The translations under genes and the position numbers were made by a program. Source: a virus (Duplodnaviria; Caudoviricetes). From it: a stretch of 64,000 nucleotides of DNA. Below the pieces are notes generated by a model. It was not told the origin of the DNA and did no database searches. It worked only from the letters and a program-made list of their open reading frames with translations. Numbering within the stretch: position 1 is the first letter of the stretch; every line of letters begins with the position of its first letter. This document shows, in pieces, positions 6,008 through 17,100 of this stretch. Location: IMG/VR virus record IMGVR_UViG_3300037067_006927, positions 1 to 64,000 of that record. One strand, written 5' to 3'.

Positions 6008-8601
6008 TTTGCCGCCTCCGCCCCCTCCTCCGTCCTCTGCCAGCAGTACCCAGGTATCCGCGCCCCGTCGATCGGGTCCCTCCGGTAGTACCGCACCATC
6101 CGCACGAGTCCGAGCGCGGCGAGCTCGCGCAGCGTGGCCTCCTCGTCGTCGGTCGACGGGAACCGGGCGCCAGGTTGCTCCGGGCACTGGCGCAGGGTGG
6201 CGAGCTGGGTTGGGGTGAGCGTCATTGCGTGCTATCCTCCTCGTCACGTCGGTTCCAGTCGTCGAGGTAGTCGCACCGGCAATCAGCGTCGTCGCAAACC
6301 CCGCCGGCAAGGCACCCGTCGCATGGTGGAGAGCAGCATACCGGGCAGCAGTGGCACGCCAGAGCAGCCGCTCGGATGTGGGCGTGGTAGGACTCGGAGT
6401 CTGGCGGCATTGCGTCTTCCGTTTTATCCAGCGGGCGCTCGGTGGCCCAGTCGTCGCGCTCGTCTAGTACATCCTCGATGTTTCGCGCCGACTCGAACGA
6501 CGACATGCTTCCGGACTTCATGGCCTGGTTTTCGCCTTCTCGGATCGATGCCGCATGATGCGCGCCAGACGCTCGACAACGGGGCGCCACTTCTCTTTGT
6601 CGCAGTAGCGACATTGATCTGGCCCTCCGTCCATCGCCGGCTCGCCCCGGTACTCCTGCTCGAGCCGCTTGCAGTAGCAGTGCTGGGCGCGGGCCCAGAA
6701 CAGAGCCGCTCGAGCGACCCATAGCCAGGCGCGTTTCGCATCAGCGAAGCCCTTGCGCTGGACGTAGGACTCGCGATCATCTGGGGAGTTGCCCATGGTC
6801 GGCACCTCGCGCGAGGCGAAATAGCGGGGGACCCGGCGGCAGGTGACGCCGTTGGTTGGAGCGAGCTGGTGATCGGTCGGGTCAGCCACGGCGCTCCTCC
6901 CATCGCGAGCAGGACTCGTAATCGCACCACAGGGTTTCGCTTTCCGAGCAGACACCGTCGCCGGTCGTAACGTCGTCTTCGACCATCTCTCTCCAATGCT
7001 CGCACCCGTCGCACCTCCGCCGGCTGATCTGCACGAGCTCGCGGACGCGGGGTCTGCACAGTTCTCCGACTACGATTCCTCGGGCGGTGACTCCACAAAT
7101 CTGAACCATCGTCTCCATCGTGTCGTTGACGCTCTCCAGCAGTTCGCACGTTCGCGTGCACCGTGGCTCTCCGCTGCTCTCGTCGGGTTGGTGGCGGTCA
7201 GGCATTGTCGTCCCTTCCGGCACGGTTGGCGGCGTCGATCAAATCCTCCAACGCCTCCACCGGGTCGCCATTCGGTTCGAGCAACCCTGCGCGAAACAGG
7301 CGCGCGATCAGTGCTGGGCCCAGTGCTTCGGCATGGCGACGGACGTTGTTCTGGTATGCACTGGCGAACAACGCAGCAAGTTCACCGTGCTCCTCCGGCT
7401 CCCACGGTAGCCAGCAGCAACAGGCGCCCATGTCCGACTCGGTGGATCGGAGCGGCATCGTTTCTTCTAGCCCGACGAGCCCGGGATGGAATCGCTCACC
7501 CACCTTCCACCTCGATTCCCAACGCGGCGCAGAGCTCGCGCATCGTGGTCCCACCCGCCAATACCGTTCGTTCGTCGCCGCCCCAGTCGATCGCCGCCAT
7601 GCGACCGTCGACGATTTGTACCCCCCGCGTCCCCGGGCATTCCATGAGCCACGTCTCGATCTCGCGCGTGGCGGCGACATCGCGACGGGCCGCTTTCGCC
7701 TCCGTGGCCAGCTCGTGCGCCAGGCGCATGACCTCGTTGTCGTCCTGGTCAACCGACTCGGCGGTACCTGGTCCGCCAAGCGTGTCTACCACATGGCACA
7801 AGCGCGCATGGAGCATCGCGCAGTGGGACTCGAGCTCAGCGATTCGCGCGCGGGCGGAGTCCAGAGCGTTCTCCGCGGCCGCAGCCTTGGCGCCGAGCTC
7901 GCGGTACCCGTCCAGCTTCTCGTCGCACGCGCGCTCGACCATGAACTGGTAGTTCTTCTGCGCCTTGTCCCGCTCCTTCTCCACCCGAGCGAACTCCGAG
8001 GCAGTCGGGAACAGTGCGTCCAGCGGGTTCTCCCCGCCGTGCTCGAGGTAGTGCAGATACCTCTCCGTTTGCTCCGGCGTCAGAGCCTGGGAGGTCAGCA
8101 GCGGGCAGGTTTCGCACTTGTCGATGGCGCTCATGCCTTTCCCTCCAGAATCTCGTCCACCGTAAGTGCACGATCGCCCCACTCGGACCAGCGCCCACCG
8201 GCAACGTCCAGCGCTGACTGGATGCGGGCTTCGAGCTCCGCGCCGCGCGATCTGTCCTTCTCCGCCGCCGCAACCGCCAGCGTCCTCAGCAACTCTACCG
8301 CCTTGCCGAAGCTGATCTCCTCGCCGTCGAGCCGACCAAGTATCTCGCGCACGGCCTCGTAGGTGATGCCGGAATCGCGCGCCCAGGAGAACTCACGCTC
8401 AGACTGGGCGAGGTAGGAGGACAGGACGCTGGACAGCCTCTGGTTACGCGCCCGCAACCTCGCGCACGCATGGCGGGCACCGGCGCGGATGCGTAGGGCC
8501 TCGAAAGTCGCTTCGCCAGACCACCAGTGAGCAACCCTCTTCAGATGCCCTGGAAGGCAGAAGAAGTCGTGCGGGAACGGGTTTCTCCAGTGCTCGGTCA
8601 T
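6004..8601 (-). other. Run of small hypothetical early genes (about 6004-6225, 6222-6521, 6518-6796, 6882-7223, 7198-7503, 7496-8134, 8131-8601), several Cys-rich
   Basis: Consecutive minus-strand ORFs with ATGA/GTGA overlaps and GC3-biased codons. No family recognised. Confidence 0.6.
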
Positions 8602-8610
8602 AGCTCCTCC

Positions 8611-9738
8611 TCAGATCCTGAGTGGCATCACGATCGCCAGGTAGCTCCCGCCCGACGTCACCGTTCCCGGCTTGACCACGATCGGATCCAGATCGCCACC
8701 AAGCTCCAACGTAACCTCTTCGGAGTCGATCGCCAACAGCGCGTCGAGCAGATACGGTGCGTTGACTCCGATTGCATCCGGGCACTTCGCGTCACTGGCG
8801 ATCGGCACCGTGTCCGACCCTTCGCCGCTCTCCGGGCTCGATGCCTCAATCAGAATCTTGCCGCCCCCTATCTTGAGACTGATGCCCCCCGTCCGCCCGC
8901 TCGACGACACGGACACGGCGCGGATCGCATCAGCGAACGCCAGTCTCGGGACCGCGAGCGACGTCTGCGAGGACTCCGGAATCACCTGCTGATAGGGCGG
9001 GAACACCGCGTCCGCGAGCTTCACCGACGTCCGGAATCCGGCGACGTCGAAGAACGCATTTGGCATCGACAGCGTCACCGACACGATCGCTCCCGGGTCA
9101 TCCTCGATCAGGCGCTTGAGCTCCAGGATGCCGCGCCGCGGGACCAGCGCGGACAGCGCAGCGCCGACCACGTCCGTCGTCTTCGTGGCGACCGCGAGCC
9201 GATGGCCATCGGTTGCGACCATGCGCACCACGCCGCGCTCGACCTCGAATAGGGCTCCGTTCAGGTGCACGCGCGTCTCGTCGTCGGCGATGGCGGATGA
9301 CGTCTGTGCGATCAGGGTGGCCAGCGTTTCCGCCGGCAGGTCGATCGTCCTCGACTCCTCCGCCGGAGTCGGCAGCGTCGGGAACTCATCGCCCGGAATG
9401 CCCTGCACGGTGAATCGACGCGACGACCCTACCGCCTTGATCGTGGCCGCGCAGGCGTCGGTGGTCGAGATCGCAATCTCGCCGTCGGGCATCGCGCGCA
9501 GCCGCTCGAGTAGGCCACGGGCGCCGAGTGCGATCGTGCCGCCGCTCTTGACCGTGGCTGGCACACTTCCGCTTACCGCGAGTTGCAGGTCTGTTGCGGC
9601 GATGGTCAACGTGTTCGCCTCGTCGTCCGCGGTGAGGAGCACGTTTTCGAGGATCGGCATCGTGCTCTTGCGGGACGCCACCCCGACGCAACGTGATAGC
9701 AGATGGACGATCGTTCGCTTGGCTATGGTGATGATCAC
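8611..9738 (-). CDS. dnaN: DNA polymerase III beta sliding clamp, phage-encoded (375 aa)
   Basis: MPILENVLL, AATDLQL, ETRVHLNG, VATDGHRLA, FPPYQQVIP, GVNAPYLLDAL and the C-terminal VMPLRI all follow the DnaN pattern. GTG start at 9738 overlaps an upstream TGA. Confidence 0.95.
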   Translation of the reverse strand: MIITIAKRTIVHLLSRCVGVASRKSTMPILENVLLTADDEANTLTIAATDLQLAVSGSVPATVKSGGTIALGARGLLERLRAMPDGEIAISTTDACAATIKAVGSSRRFTVQGIPGDEFPTLPTPAEESRTIDLPAETLATLIAQTSSAIADDETRVHLNGALFEVERGVVRMVATDGHRLAVATKTTDVVGAALSALVPRRGILELKRLIEDDPGAIVSVTLSMPNAFFDVAGFRTSVKLADAVFPPYQQVIPESSQTSLAVPRLAFADAIRAVSVSSSGRTGGISLKIGGGKILIEASSPESGEGSDTVPIASDAKCPDAIGVNAPYLLDALLAIDSEEVTLELGGDLDPIVVKPGTVTSGGSYLAIVMPLRI

Positions 9739-10478
9739 TTGGTGGGCTCCTTCGTGCGGTCGTAGGCTTCCAGTACCTTCTCGGCTGACTGCTTGGAGCT
9801 CAGTACGAATCCGCCATTGAACATGTTGGCCGCACTGCTCCACGCATCGTCTGCCGCGCTGATGAGCATCTCCCGCACCCGCTCCCTCGGCACCCCGTCA
9901 CCCGGAGGCAGGAGGCCGGAGCGGGCGAGGACGGCGAGCAGCACTTGCCACGGGAACACCGTGTACTCGCTCGACCCGCAATGGTTCTGCACCATCGCTG
10001 CCCTCCCGTCCCTCAGCGATATTCGACGAGTCCCGCTGCCGTCGTTGAACATCGCCGCGCCGTCCTTCCAATACCACCCGTCGGAAAGCGGCAGCTCGGC
10101 GGACGGGGCGCGGGACTGGCGGGTGGCGGCAAGTTCGCGCAGCAACCGGTCGCGCTCGTCACGCGCTTCGTTCCGCTCTCGCTCGGCCACAATGTGCCGA
10201 TTCTGGGCGGCGATACTGGCGGCACGAGCGGCGTCACGCTCACTGATCACCTGATCGAGCACCCCGTTTGCGGCTTGGAGTTCACGCTCCAACTTCCGCA
10301 CCCGCACGTCCCCGATGGCCTTCGGCAGGTCGTACACCTCGACGCCGATCTCCTCCCGCACCTCCGCCGGAGCGGCCTTGATCGCGGCTATGAGGTCGTC
10401 CACGAATACCGAAGCGGTCTGCCGTACTGATGGCCCGTGTGTCACGGAATAGGCGGCAATGTCGATCAGCTTATCCAT
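9735..10478 (-). CDS. Hypothetical protein with central coiled coil (247 aa)
   Basis: Strong AGGAGGAG RBS. Heptad-rich segment RKLERELQAANGVLDQ...ERDRLLREL. Confidence 0.7.
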   Translation of the reverse strand: MDKLIDIAAYSVTHGPSVRQTASVFVDDLIAAIKAAPAEVREEIGVEVYDLPKAIGDVRVRKLERELQAANGVLDQVISERDAARAASIAAQNRHIVAERERNEARDERDRLLRELAATRQSRAPSAELPLSDGWYWKDGAAMFNDGSGTRRISLRDGRAAMVQNHCGSSEYTVFPWQVLLAVLARSGLLPPGDGVPRERVREMLISAADDAWSSAANMFNGGFVLSSKQSAEKVLEAYDRTKEPTK

Positions 10479-10570
10479 CTCTCCTCCTAGTGCCCATCCC
10501 CGGTGTCACCCGGGCGCCGCTGAGATTCGACGTCGCGGCGGCGACATGCGAGGGGCGGGTCTTTCGTTCG

Positions 10571-10635
10571 CGCCGGTCCCGGGAATCGAACCCGAATGCC
10601 CAGGGCTAGCCTCACCCCGAACAGCCATCACCGGC
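10571..10635 (-). ncRNA. tRNA-like element (65 nt): acceptor stem, D-like arm and T arm, but no anticodon arm
   Basis: Minus strand: GCCGGTG AT GGCTG-TTCGGGGTGAGGC-TAGCC CTGGGCAT TCGGG-TTCGATT-CCCGG GACCGGC G. Canonical TTCGATT T-loop, 6/7 acceptor pairs. Lies in a ~400-nt region with little convincing coding potential. Confidence 0.5.
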
Positions 10636-10874
10636 AGGTGCCACCTCTGGTGGCCGTCACGTCTCGGTCGCTACTCCGGCCCAGCGTCGTTCGGCGCCTT
10701 GCATGGCCGTTCCGCGGCTCGCATCACCCGCGACGTTCCGGGGCTCGCTGATCTGGCCCCGCCAGCTGGAAACCACCGAGGGCAAGCCCCGGCACCCGTC
10801 GAGCGGCTGCACTTCTGCGCGCGCCTCCGCACTTCTGCTCTCCAGCAGGGGCCGACGAGTAGCCCCGGAGTCGA

Positions 10875-11117
10875 TCATCTCCAGTGCCTCCCTGTTCCGA
10901 TGAACTCGGCGGCTTGCTCCAGAGCGACGGCCGCCGCTCGGCTCTTGTCTGCGTCCGGTGCGTTCTGCGTGGTGTCGGCCAGGAGCGCCACAGCGTGCTT
11001 GCGATGCTCGCTGGCCATCGTGCGCAGGAACGAAACGCAGGCGAGTCGCTCGTCACCCGACGACGCCGGGTAGTGGACGGGTGACGGGACCTGCGAACCG
11101 GGGACGGTGGCGTTCAT
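10875..11117 (-). CDS. Hypothetical protein (80 aa)
   Basis: ATGA overlap with the upstream gene and typical codon usage. Confidence 0.6.
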   Translation of the reverse strand: MNATVPGSQVPSPVHYPASSGDERLACVSFLRTMASEHRKHAVALLADTTQNAPDADKSRAAAVALEQAAEFIGTGRHWR

Positions 11118-12166
11118 GTTCCGGATCCTCCCACCACCCGCACCGCGTTGGCGATCGTTGCTCGCACGGAGCCCACGAGGTTGGAGAGATCGCGATCGGT
11201 CAGGTCAGGGACCGTGACCTGGTTCAGGGCTTCGAGCCACGCCAGCGCACGCTCGCGTTCGGGGCGGAGAGCTTCGCGTCGGCGAGCGAGTTCCGCCTGG
11301 CGCTCGGCCTCGCGGACAGCAGCCTCTTCGGCAGCGATGCGGTCACGCTCCGCCCGCGCCTTCGCTTCCGCCTCGGCCTTGATGGCGGCCGACCGCTTCG
11401 CCTCCTCGACCTCCGCCTGCCGCTTCTGCTCCTCGATGGCGCGGCGTTCCGCGTCAATCTTGGCCTGCGCCGCCCGTTGCTCGGCCTCCACACGCTCCCG
11501 TTCCTCGCGCTCGACCTTGGCCACAGCCTCACGTTCGGCGCGGTCCTTTGCCGCCTGCGCCGCTTGCGCCTCCTCGAATGCCCGACGCTCGGCCGCCAGT
11601 CGGTCCGCCTCTGCCTTCTGCGCCGCCGCTACCCGGGCGGCCTCGACGCGAGCCGCTTCCTCGGCGGCCGCACGTTCCGCCGCGAGTCGGGCGCGTTCGG
11701 CTTCGAGCTCCGCACGTTCGGCAGCTAGGCGTCGCTCCTCCTCCTCGCGAGCTGCACGGAGACGCGCTTCCTCGGCTTCACGCTCGGCGCGCAGCCGGGC
11801 TTCGACCGCGAGCCGTTCGGCGTCCTCCTTGGCCTTCTTCTCCGCGGCCTTGGCGTCGTCGTGCGCCTTCTTCAGAGCCTTGATCGGCTCCTCGGACTCG
11901 GTGACGATGGCGGAGAATCGCTTGGCGGTTTCGTCCACGGTGCGCCCGAACTCGAGCGCAGGTGCCTTGAGAGCGACGCGCTTGTCCTCGATCTCACCAC
12001 GCAAATCGCGATGCACCTTGAGCGCTTCGCGTGCGTGCTCGGCATCCTTCGGCGTGTCGAAGTTGGCTCCCTTGTACCGGGACAGGTTCGCACGGAGTTC
12101 GGCTTCGGTGTGTCCAAAGTCGATCGCGAGCGTGGTTGTTTCGGTGGTTGCGAGTGGTGCGTTCAT
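11114..12166 (-). CDS. Long coiled-coil protein with Glu/Ala/Arg-rich low-complexity tract (350 aa)
   Basis: N-terminal ..LRGEIEDKRVALKAPALEFGRTVD.. typical of phage coiled-coil proteins next to recombination genes, then EAERLA-like repeats. Confidence 0.75.
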   Translation of the reverse strand: MNAPLATTETTTLAIDFGHTEAELRANLSRYKGANFDTPKDAEHAREALKVHRDLRGEIEDKRVALKAPALEFGRTVDETAKRFSAIVTESEEPIKALKKAHDDAKAAEKKAKEDAERLAVEARLRAEREAEEARLRAAREEEERRLAAERAELEAERARLAAERAAAEEAARVEAARVAAAQKAEADRLAAERRAFEEAQAAQAAKDRAEREAVAKVEREERERVEAEQRAAQAKIDAERRAIEEQKRQAEVEEAKRSAAIKAEAEAKARAERDRIAAEEAAVREAERQAELARRREALRPERERALAWLEALNQVTVPDLTDRDLSNLVGSVRATIANAVRVVGGSGT

Positions 12167-13038
12167 GCGTCGTCGCTCCCGGGCTCGCGCGAGGACTCAG
12201 CAGTCGGTTCCCCGTTGCGCCTTCCGATCTTGATCCGTCGCCCATCCTGCTCGGGCGGTGGGTTCGCCGCCACCGGTGGGAATGCCTCGTCCACGCTCGT
12301 ACCGCCGTCCTTGATGGCGGTGCCGAATCCGATCAGTGCCTCCAAGTGCTCGGCCGTGATGTCGTCCACCCCGCGGATCTCGAGCCGCGCCAAGACACGA
12401 TCCTGCGTGACACCCATCTTGAGCAGACGCGACAGCACCTTCTCCCGCGTGGCGGACAGCGTCGTTGCGTCGCCGATAGCCACCTTACGCACCTTCTCGA
12501 AGATGCTGTCCACGTAGGCCCGAGGTACCACGCGATAGATGGCATTCCGGAGAGCGATCGACGCGGCCGCGTTCCCAGTGACGGTGATCATGTCGTCATC
12601 GTACCGCTTGCCGAACTTGTTTGTGATGCGGCGCCGCACCTCGGTCACGCAACGGACGTTTCGCTCGATGTCCCACGCGAGCCCCTGGGCCACCACTTCC
12701 TTCTCCTCCACAGCCACGATGCGCGACCCGACCTGGAGGTTGCCGTAGCTCGACGCCACGATCTCCGCCAGGCGCACGGACGGACCCACGATCGCCTTAC
12801 CGGCGCGCGGCAGCGAGTACATGCACGACTCAGCCACCTCGCGCGTCAGCGTCGCGAGCCCGCACGATTCCTTGAGGAATCGGCTCACGCTGCGCGGGTA
12901 TCGGTGCGCGGCGTCGAGCTGGCAGATGATCTCCTCACGCGCGATTGCGGTACCGGACCCGACAGATATGGACGTGTCGGGGTCCAGCGATTCCGCCAGG
13001 GCGTCGATTGGGTCCACGGTCTGGATCTCATGGTTCAC
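12163..13038 (-). CDS. Putative recombination/ssDNA-annealing partner of the adjacent exonuclease (291 aa)
   Basis: Paired with a PD-(D/E)XK nuclease in the position of Bet/RecT/ERF genes. Motif YSLPRAGKAIVGPSVRLAEI. Exact family not established. Confidence 0.5.
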   Translation of the reverse strand: MNHEIQTVDPIDALAESLDPDTSISVGSGTAIAREEIICQLDAAHRYPRSVSRFLKESCGLATLTREVAESCMYSLPRAGKAIVGPSVRLAEIVASSYGNLQVGSRIVAVEEKEVVAQGLAWDIERNVRCVTEVRRRITNKFGKRYDDDMITVTGNAAASIALRNAIYRVVPRAYVDSIFEKVRKVAIGDATTLSATREKVLSRLLKMGVTQDRVLARLEIRGVDDITAEHLEALIGFGTAIKDGGTSVDEAFPPVAANPPPEQDGRRIKIGRRNGEPTAESSREPGSDDA

Positions 13039-13039
13039 G

Positions 13040-14170
13040 TTACGCTCTCCTCTCAGTCAGTTTGTTGATCTCGGTGGTGCTGATCGCCCCCGCCGCTTCG
13101 AGCTCCTCATTCAGAGCCCGCTTCGCCGCCGCTCCCTTGCTGCGCCCGGCAGCCTTGGCGACGTGCTCTTCGAGCTTCGAGAGCCGCACCGTCAGACACT
13201 GATCGTAAGCATCGTCGTCGAATGCCGCCAGTATCGGCTGGATGATTTGGCCCGCCTTTGCGCCAGAAATGACTCGGCGCTTCTCCGTCGTGATAGTGAG
13301 CCGCGCGTCTTCGGCGATAACGTCTCCGGTGGCCTCGACGTGCAGACGCAGCGCCTCTCGCACCCGCGACGCCACCGCCTCGACGCGCTTCGCCGCCCGG
13401 TAGAGCTCCAGCTTCCGGTCGGCGGACATCGTGGCCAGTCCGCGCTCAATCTCGTCCGGGGCGATGTCCAGCAGAGTCACCGCGTCCGCCTTGGCCATCG
13501 CGGTCCAGCCGGGGCATTCGTGCGCTCGCGGGCAATGGGCGCAGTGGCCACCAGTGCGGTACCCTCCGTCTCGGTCGGCGATGTGGCTGATCCGTCGGTC
13601 CCAATCCGCCACTTCGTCGCGACGCATCCGGCACCGCTCCACCTCGCCGTCGCGCAGCCACGCGATCGTTGCCACCGCCTCCTGAGCGAACGGATCGCGC
13701 AGCAACGCCAGAGCGCAGTACCCGAGGAGTTGCGGCCGGTAGTCGGCGTCCACGCGCCCGGTCTTCCAGTCGAGCACGTGGATCGTTCGGGTGGTGCCGT
13801 CCACCTGCGTGGACAGCACGTCGGCGTGGCCCACCACGATGGGCCCGACCAGCGACGGCTCCGTGGCGACGGCAGACGTGAGCGCAACCTCGGACTCGCC
13901 GCCGAGGAAGTACGCGGCGAGTCCGTCGCGCCACTGGCGCACTCCGGCAGCAACCAGCGGGCGAACGTCTGCCTCTTCGACTCCGAACCGTGCGCACACC
14001 GACGGCAGCGCGTCCCAATCGACAGCGTCCGCGCGTGGAAGGTCGGCCAGGACGTAGTGCGTGGCTGTGCCGACACCGGCCATCTCGCCCCAGTCGCGCA
14101 CGTCGATGTCAGGTGGCTCCGCTGCTTGCGGGCAACGGTAGAGCAGTGGCAGTGAGCTACAACGAATCAT
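13040..14170 (-). CDS. PD-(D/E)XK exonuclease, Cas4/AddB-like with Cys staple (376 aa)
   Basis: GHADVL, VLDWKTG and PQLLGY nuclease motifs. N-terminal RCP plus C-terminal CAHCPRAHECP give the four-Cys arrangement. Start moved to ATG 14170. Confidence 0.85.
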   Translation of the reverse strand: MIRCSSLPLLYRCPQAAEPPDIDVRDWGEMAGVGTATHYVLADLPRADAVDWDALPSVCARFGVEEADVRPLVAAGVRQWRDGLAAYFLGGESEVALTSAVATEPSLVGPIVVGHADVLSTQVDGTTRTIHVLDWKTGRVDADYRPQLLGYCALALLRDPFAQEAVATIAWLRDGEVERCRMRRDEVADWDRRISHIADRDGGYRTGGHCAHCPRAHECPGWTAMAKADAVTLLDIAPDEIERGLATMSADRKLELYRAAKRVEAVASRVREALRLHVEATGDVIAEDARLTITTEKRRVISGAKAGQIIQPILAAFDDDAYDQCLTVRLSKLEEHVAKAAGRSKGAAAKRALNEELEAAGAISTTEINKLTERRA

Positions 14171-17100
14171 CCGCACTCCTCCAACATCTCGTCGATCATC
14201 TCGTGGAACCGCTCCCGCGCCTCGGCCAGCACGTCGGGCGGCGTCTCCCGGCCAACGCAACTCGGCTTGTGCACCCACTTGCACCGGCGATTACGGCGCA
14301 CGTATCGGAACTGGTGGGTGCTCAGATTCGCCCCGCCCCAGCCGGCCACGAGCGAGAACAGGTACTCCACCTTCGTGAGCCCGTCCGGTGACTGGCGGGT
14401 GAGCGTGAAGCCTTGCGGGGACTCGCGCATCACGGATCATCCCACCGCTTCGGGCTCGTCCAGTCGGCGCCGATGTGCTCCCGGGCCCATGCCGCGAGCG
14501 GGTCGTTTGGCGAGTAGTCGTTAGGTTCCGACGTCTCGAACAAAACCACGCCGGTCTTCTCGTCGCGAATCTGGCGGAGCGGGTGCTCGGTTCGGCTCTC
14601 CGCATAGACCATGTCGTACCGCGGATTCAGATGCATGTGCGCCGAGCGGTCGTAGAACGCCGCCTTGTAGAAGATCGAGATCCTGACGTGGCCGTCGTCG
14701 TCCACCACTTCGGCCCACATGGAATGATCGGTGGCGCGCTTGGACCAACCCGGCGGAAGCCTGGCGGGACGGAACATCGGGTCATCGGCGAACGGCTCGC
14801 CGAACTCGAAGCCCCAGGAGACAAGCAGGTCATCGTCTTCCTGACTGCACTTCGTGGGCAGCGACTCGGACGCCACGAGTTCACGGGCTCCGCGCGCTTC
14901 CATGTTCTCGATGATATTTCTTCCGTCGCACAGCGTGCGGACCATGAGCTCGTCGTTCGATAGGGCTGCTGTGTTGGTTGGCTTGCTCATCGTTCGTCCT
15001 CCGTCCTCCGTTTCAGTCATCACGCACTCGTACAGTTCCCCGTCCCGCATCGTTGCCGGGCAGTCCTCCGGCTCCTCTGGCTCGCAGTCGCACGAAGGAT
15101 CGAACCCGCAGTGGCGGCACCACTGGCGCTCGTCCTCGGGTGGGTCGAGTTGGAGATCGGGAAGGTCGTCGAGCCTCACGGCTTCCACCCCTTCGGCGCC
15201 TTCCACCCGGCGGCCGTGGCGTCGATCGCCCACTGCGGCCACGGCTTGGAATCGGCGAGCGAGTTCAGCGTCGCGTTCGCCAGCGAGAGAGCGCGTTTCG
15301 CGTCCATGATGTAGTCGAACGCGAACGTCCCATCGTCTCCGCGCGTGATGAACTCGTTGTTGACCATCGGCGTCAGTGCCCGATTGAGTGCGTCGTTCTC
15401 CGGGTCGCCGCAGAGGCTACCGACCTCCGAGCCCTCGCCGTCCTCGTCGTCGCACCACGACAGGTGGCACAACCCGGAGTGATTCTCGAAGACTTCGAGA
15501 TACATCCCGTCCTTGTCCGTGTACCGCTTGGCCATCACTCCTCCTCCGTCTCCTTGATCATCGCCTGGCACCCGGGGCAATAGGGCCCGTCCGGATCCGT
15601 GTCTCGCAACACCCGATCGCACCACGGGGCCGCGCAGTAGCGGTCAAGCACGGCGTCCTCGCGGCGCTGGTCACGGGTGATCGTGAATCTCCTGCTCCGT
15701 CCACCGAGCGGGACGACGACTTCCCCGGGTTGGGTCGGGGGACACGTGGACTCGGGATGGTCGTCGGCCCGCTGGGAGAACGGAGCGAGGGAGGTCACCA
15801 GTTACCTCCCGCCGTTGCTGCCTCGCCGAACGTGCACGGACCGCACAAGCCAGTACACGGGACGACGGGAGTTGCCCCGCATACGTCGCACTTGTGCGTC
15901 CAGTCCGGAACAACTTGCGGATCGGAGCTGTCAACGACTACGGGACGCGGGCCAGCCTTGGCTCGCCGTCGCCTGCGCTTCGCGGCTCCGCTGGTCTTCG
16001 ACAGGGTCTTCTCGGTCACGCCACCACCTCCGCATCCGGCGCGCGCTCGTGGTTGCTCGCCGCGCACTCGACGGAGCTCGCGGCTTCGAGTTCGGCACGC
16101 TCAGCGGCGGCGAGCTCGGCCCGTAGTTTCTCGATGTCACGGTGGCGGATCGCGAGCCGCGCCTTCGCGATGGCCGCCACGAGGCGCCGGGCGGCGGACT
16201 CCAGGCCGGCGGCGTTGGCGCTCCACGACGACTCGATCAGGCTCGCGCCGCTCTGGGTGTCGTGCGCCGTGAGCAGGTAGCCAGTGGGTGACCGGTACAC
16301 GGATACGGAGCGGTCCTCGCCACCATCGCGCCAGTCGTCCAGAATGCCCCATGCCGGTGAGTTGATTGCGTCACGCATGGCTGTCTCCTTCGTCCCTGTA
16401 CTCAATCGTCCGCACCCTATCCCTCGCCGCGTAGTACCGACCCCAGCAGCGAGCCCGATACTGATTGGCCAGCTCGAGCCGCGGAAGGATGTCCGCGCGC
16501 TCTGGCAAACTGGCGTGGTCGTGCTCCTCCTGCACCAGTCGCGATCGGCGGGTGGCCTCGTCGAGCTGGCGCCGTGCTTCGGTGACGGTGTCATCGGGCA
16601 TCGGATGCGTCCTCGGTAGACTTCCCGTCGGCATCGACACGGAGCGGACTCCCGAGCGATGTCGGCGGGGTAGTTGTGTCGGGCCAGCCGAGGGCGGCGG
16701 CGGCGGCGACGGCGGTCGGAAAACAACGCCCCTCATCGCTGCCACGCCTGCCCATTAGGCACACGTGGCCGTCGTCACCTGCGGCTATCTCGTGCGCTCT
16801 GGTCAGCCATCGGAGCGCCCGCAGTTCGCGCAGTATCGCGTCCCGCCCCCGGGTCAACTCCGCGATCCGATCCGCGACGTCCTGCACGGCGTCCGAGATC
16901 TGCTGCTCTGAGTTGGTGCGTGTCATGATGTCGGCTCCAGTGCTGATTCCAGCGCGGCCAGCAATGCTTCGAGACGTTCGCGCGAGATGGGGCGGTCGCA
17001 GTTCTGAAACCGGTCCATTGCGCCGGAGCAACGGCGGCGCAGAGCTCGGAGATGCGCGGCCTCGGTCACACGCGCGATGTCCTCGGGCGTGGCGATACTG

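Noticed and set aside
10571-10635. Canonical tRNA gene
   Set aside because: At 65 nt it has no room for an anticodon stem-loop, so no amino-acid identity can be assigned. Kept only as a tRNA-like element.
11114-12166. TolA or tape-measure annotation for the E/A/R-rich ORF
   Set aside because: The similarity is only low-complexity coiled coil. There is no membrane anchor, and it lies in the recombination region.
13040-14170. Cas4-like nuclease as the adaptation module of the type IV locus
   Set aside because: It is 7 kb from the cas genes, there is no cas1 or cas2, and it is paired with an annealing-protein candidate as in ordinary phage recombination modules.
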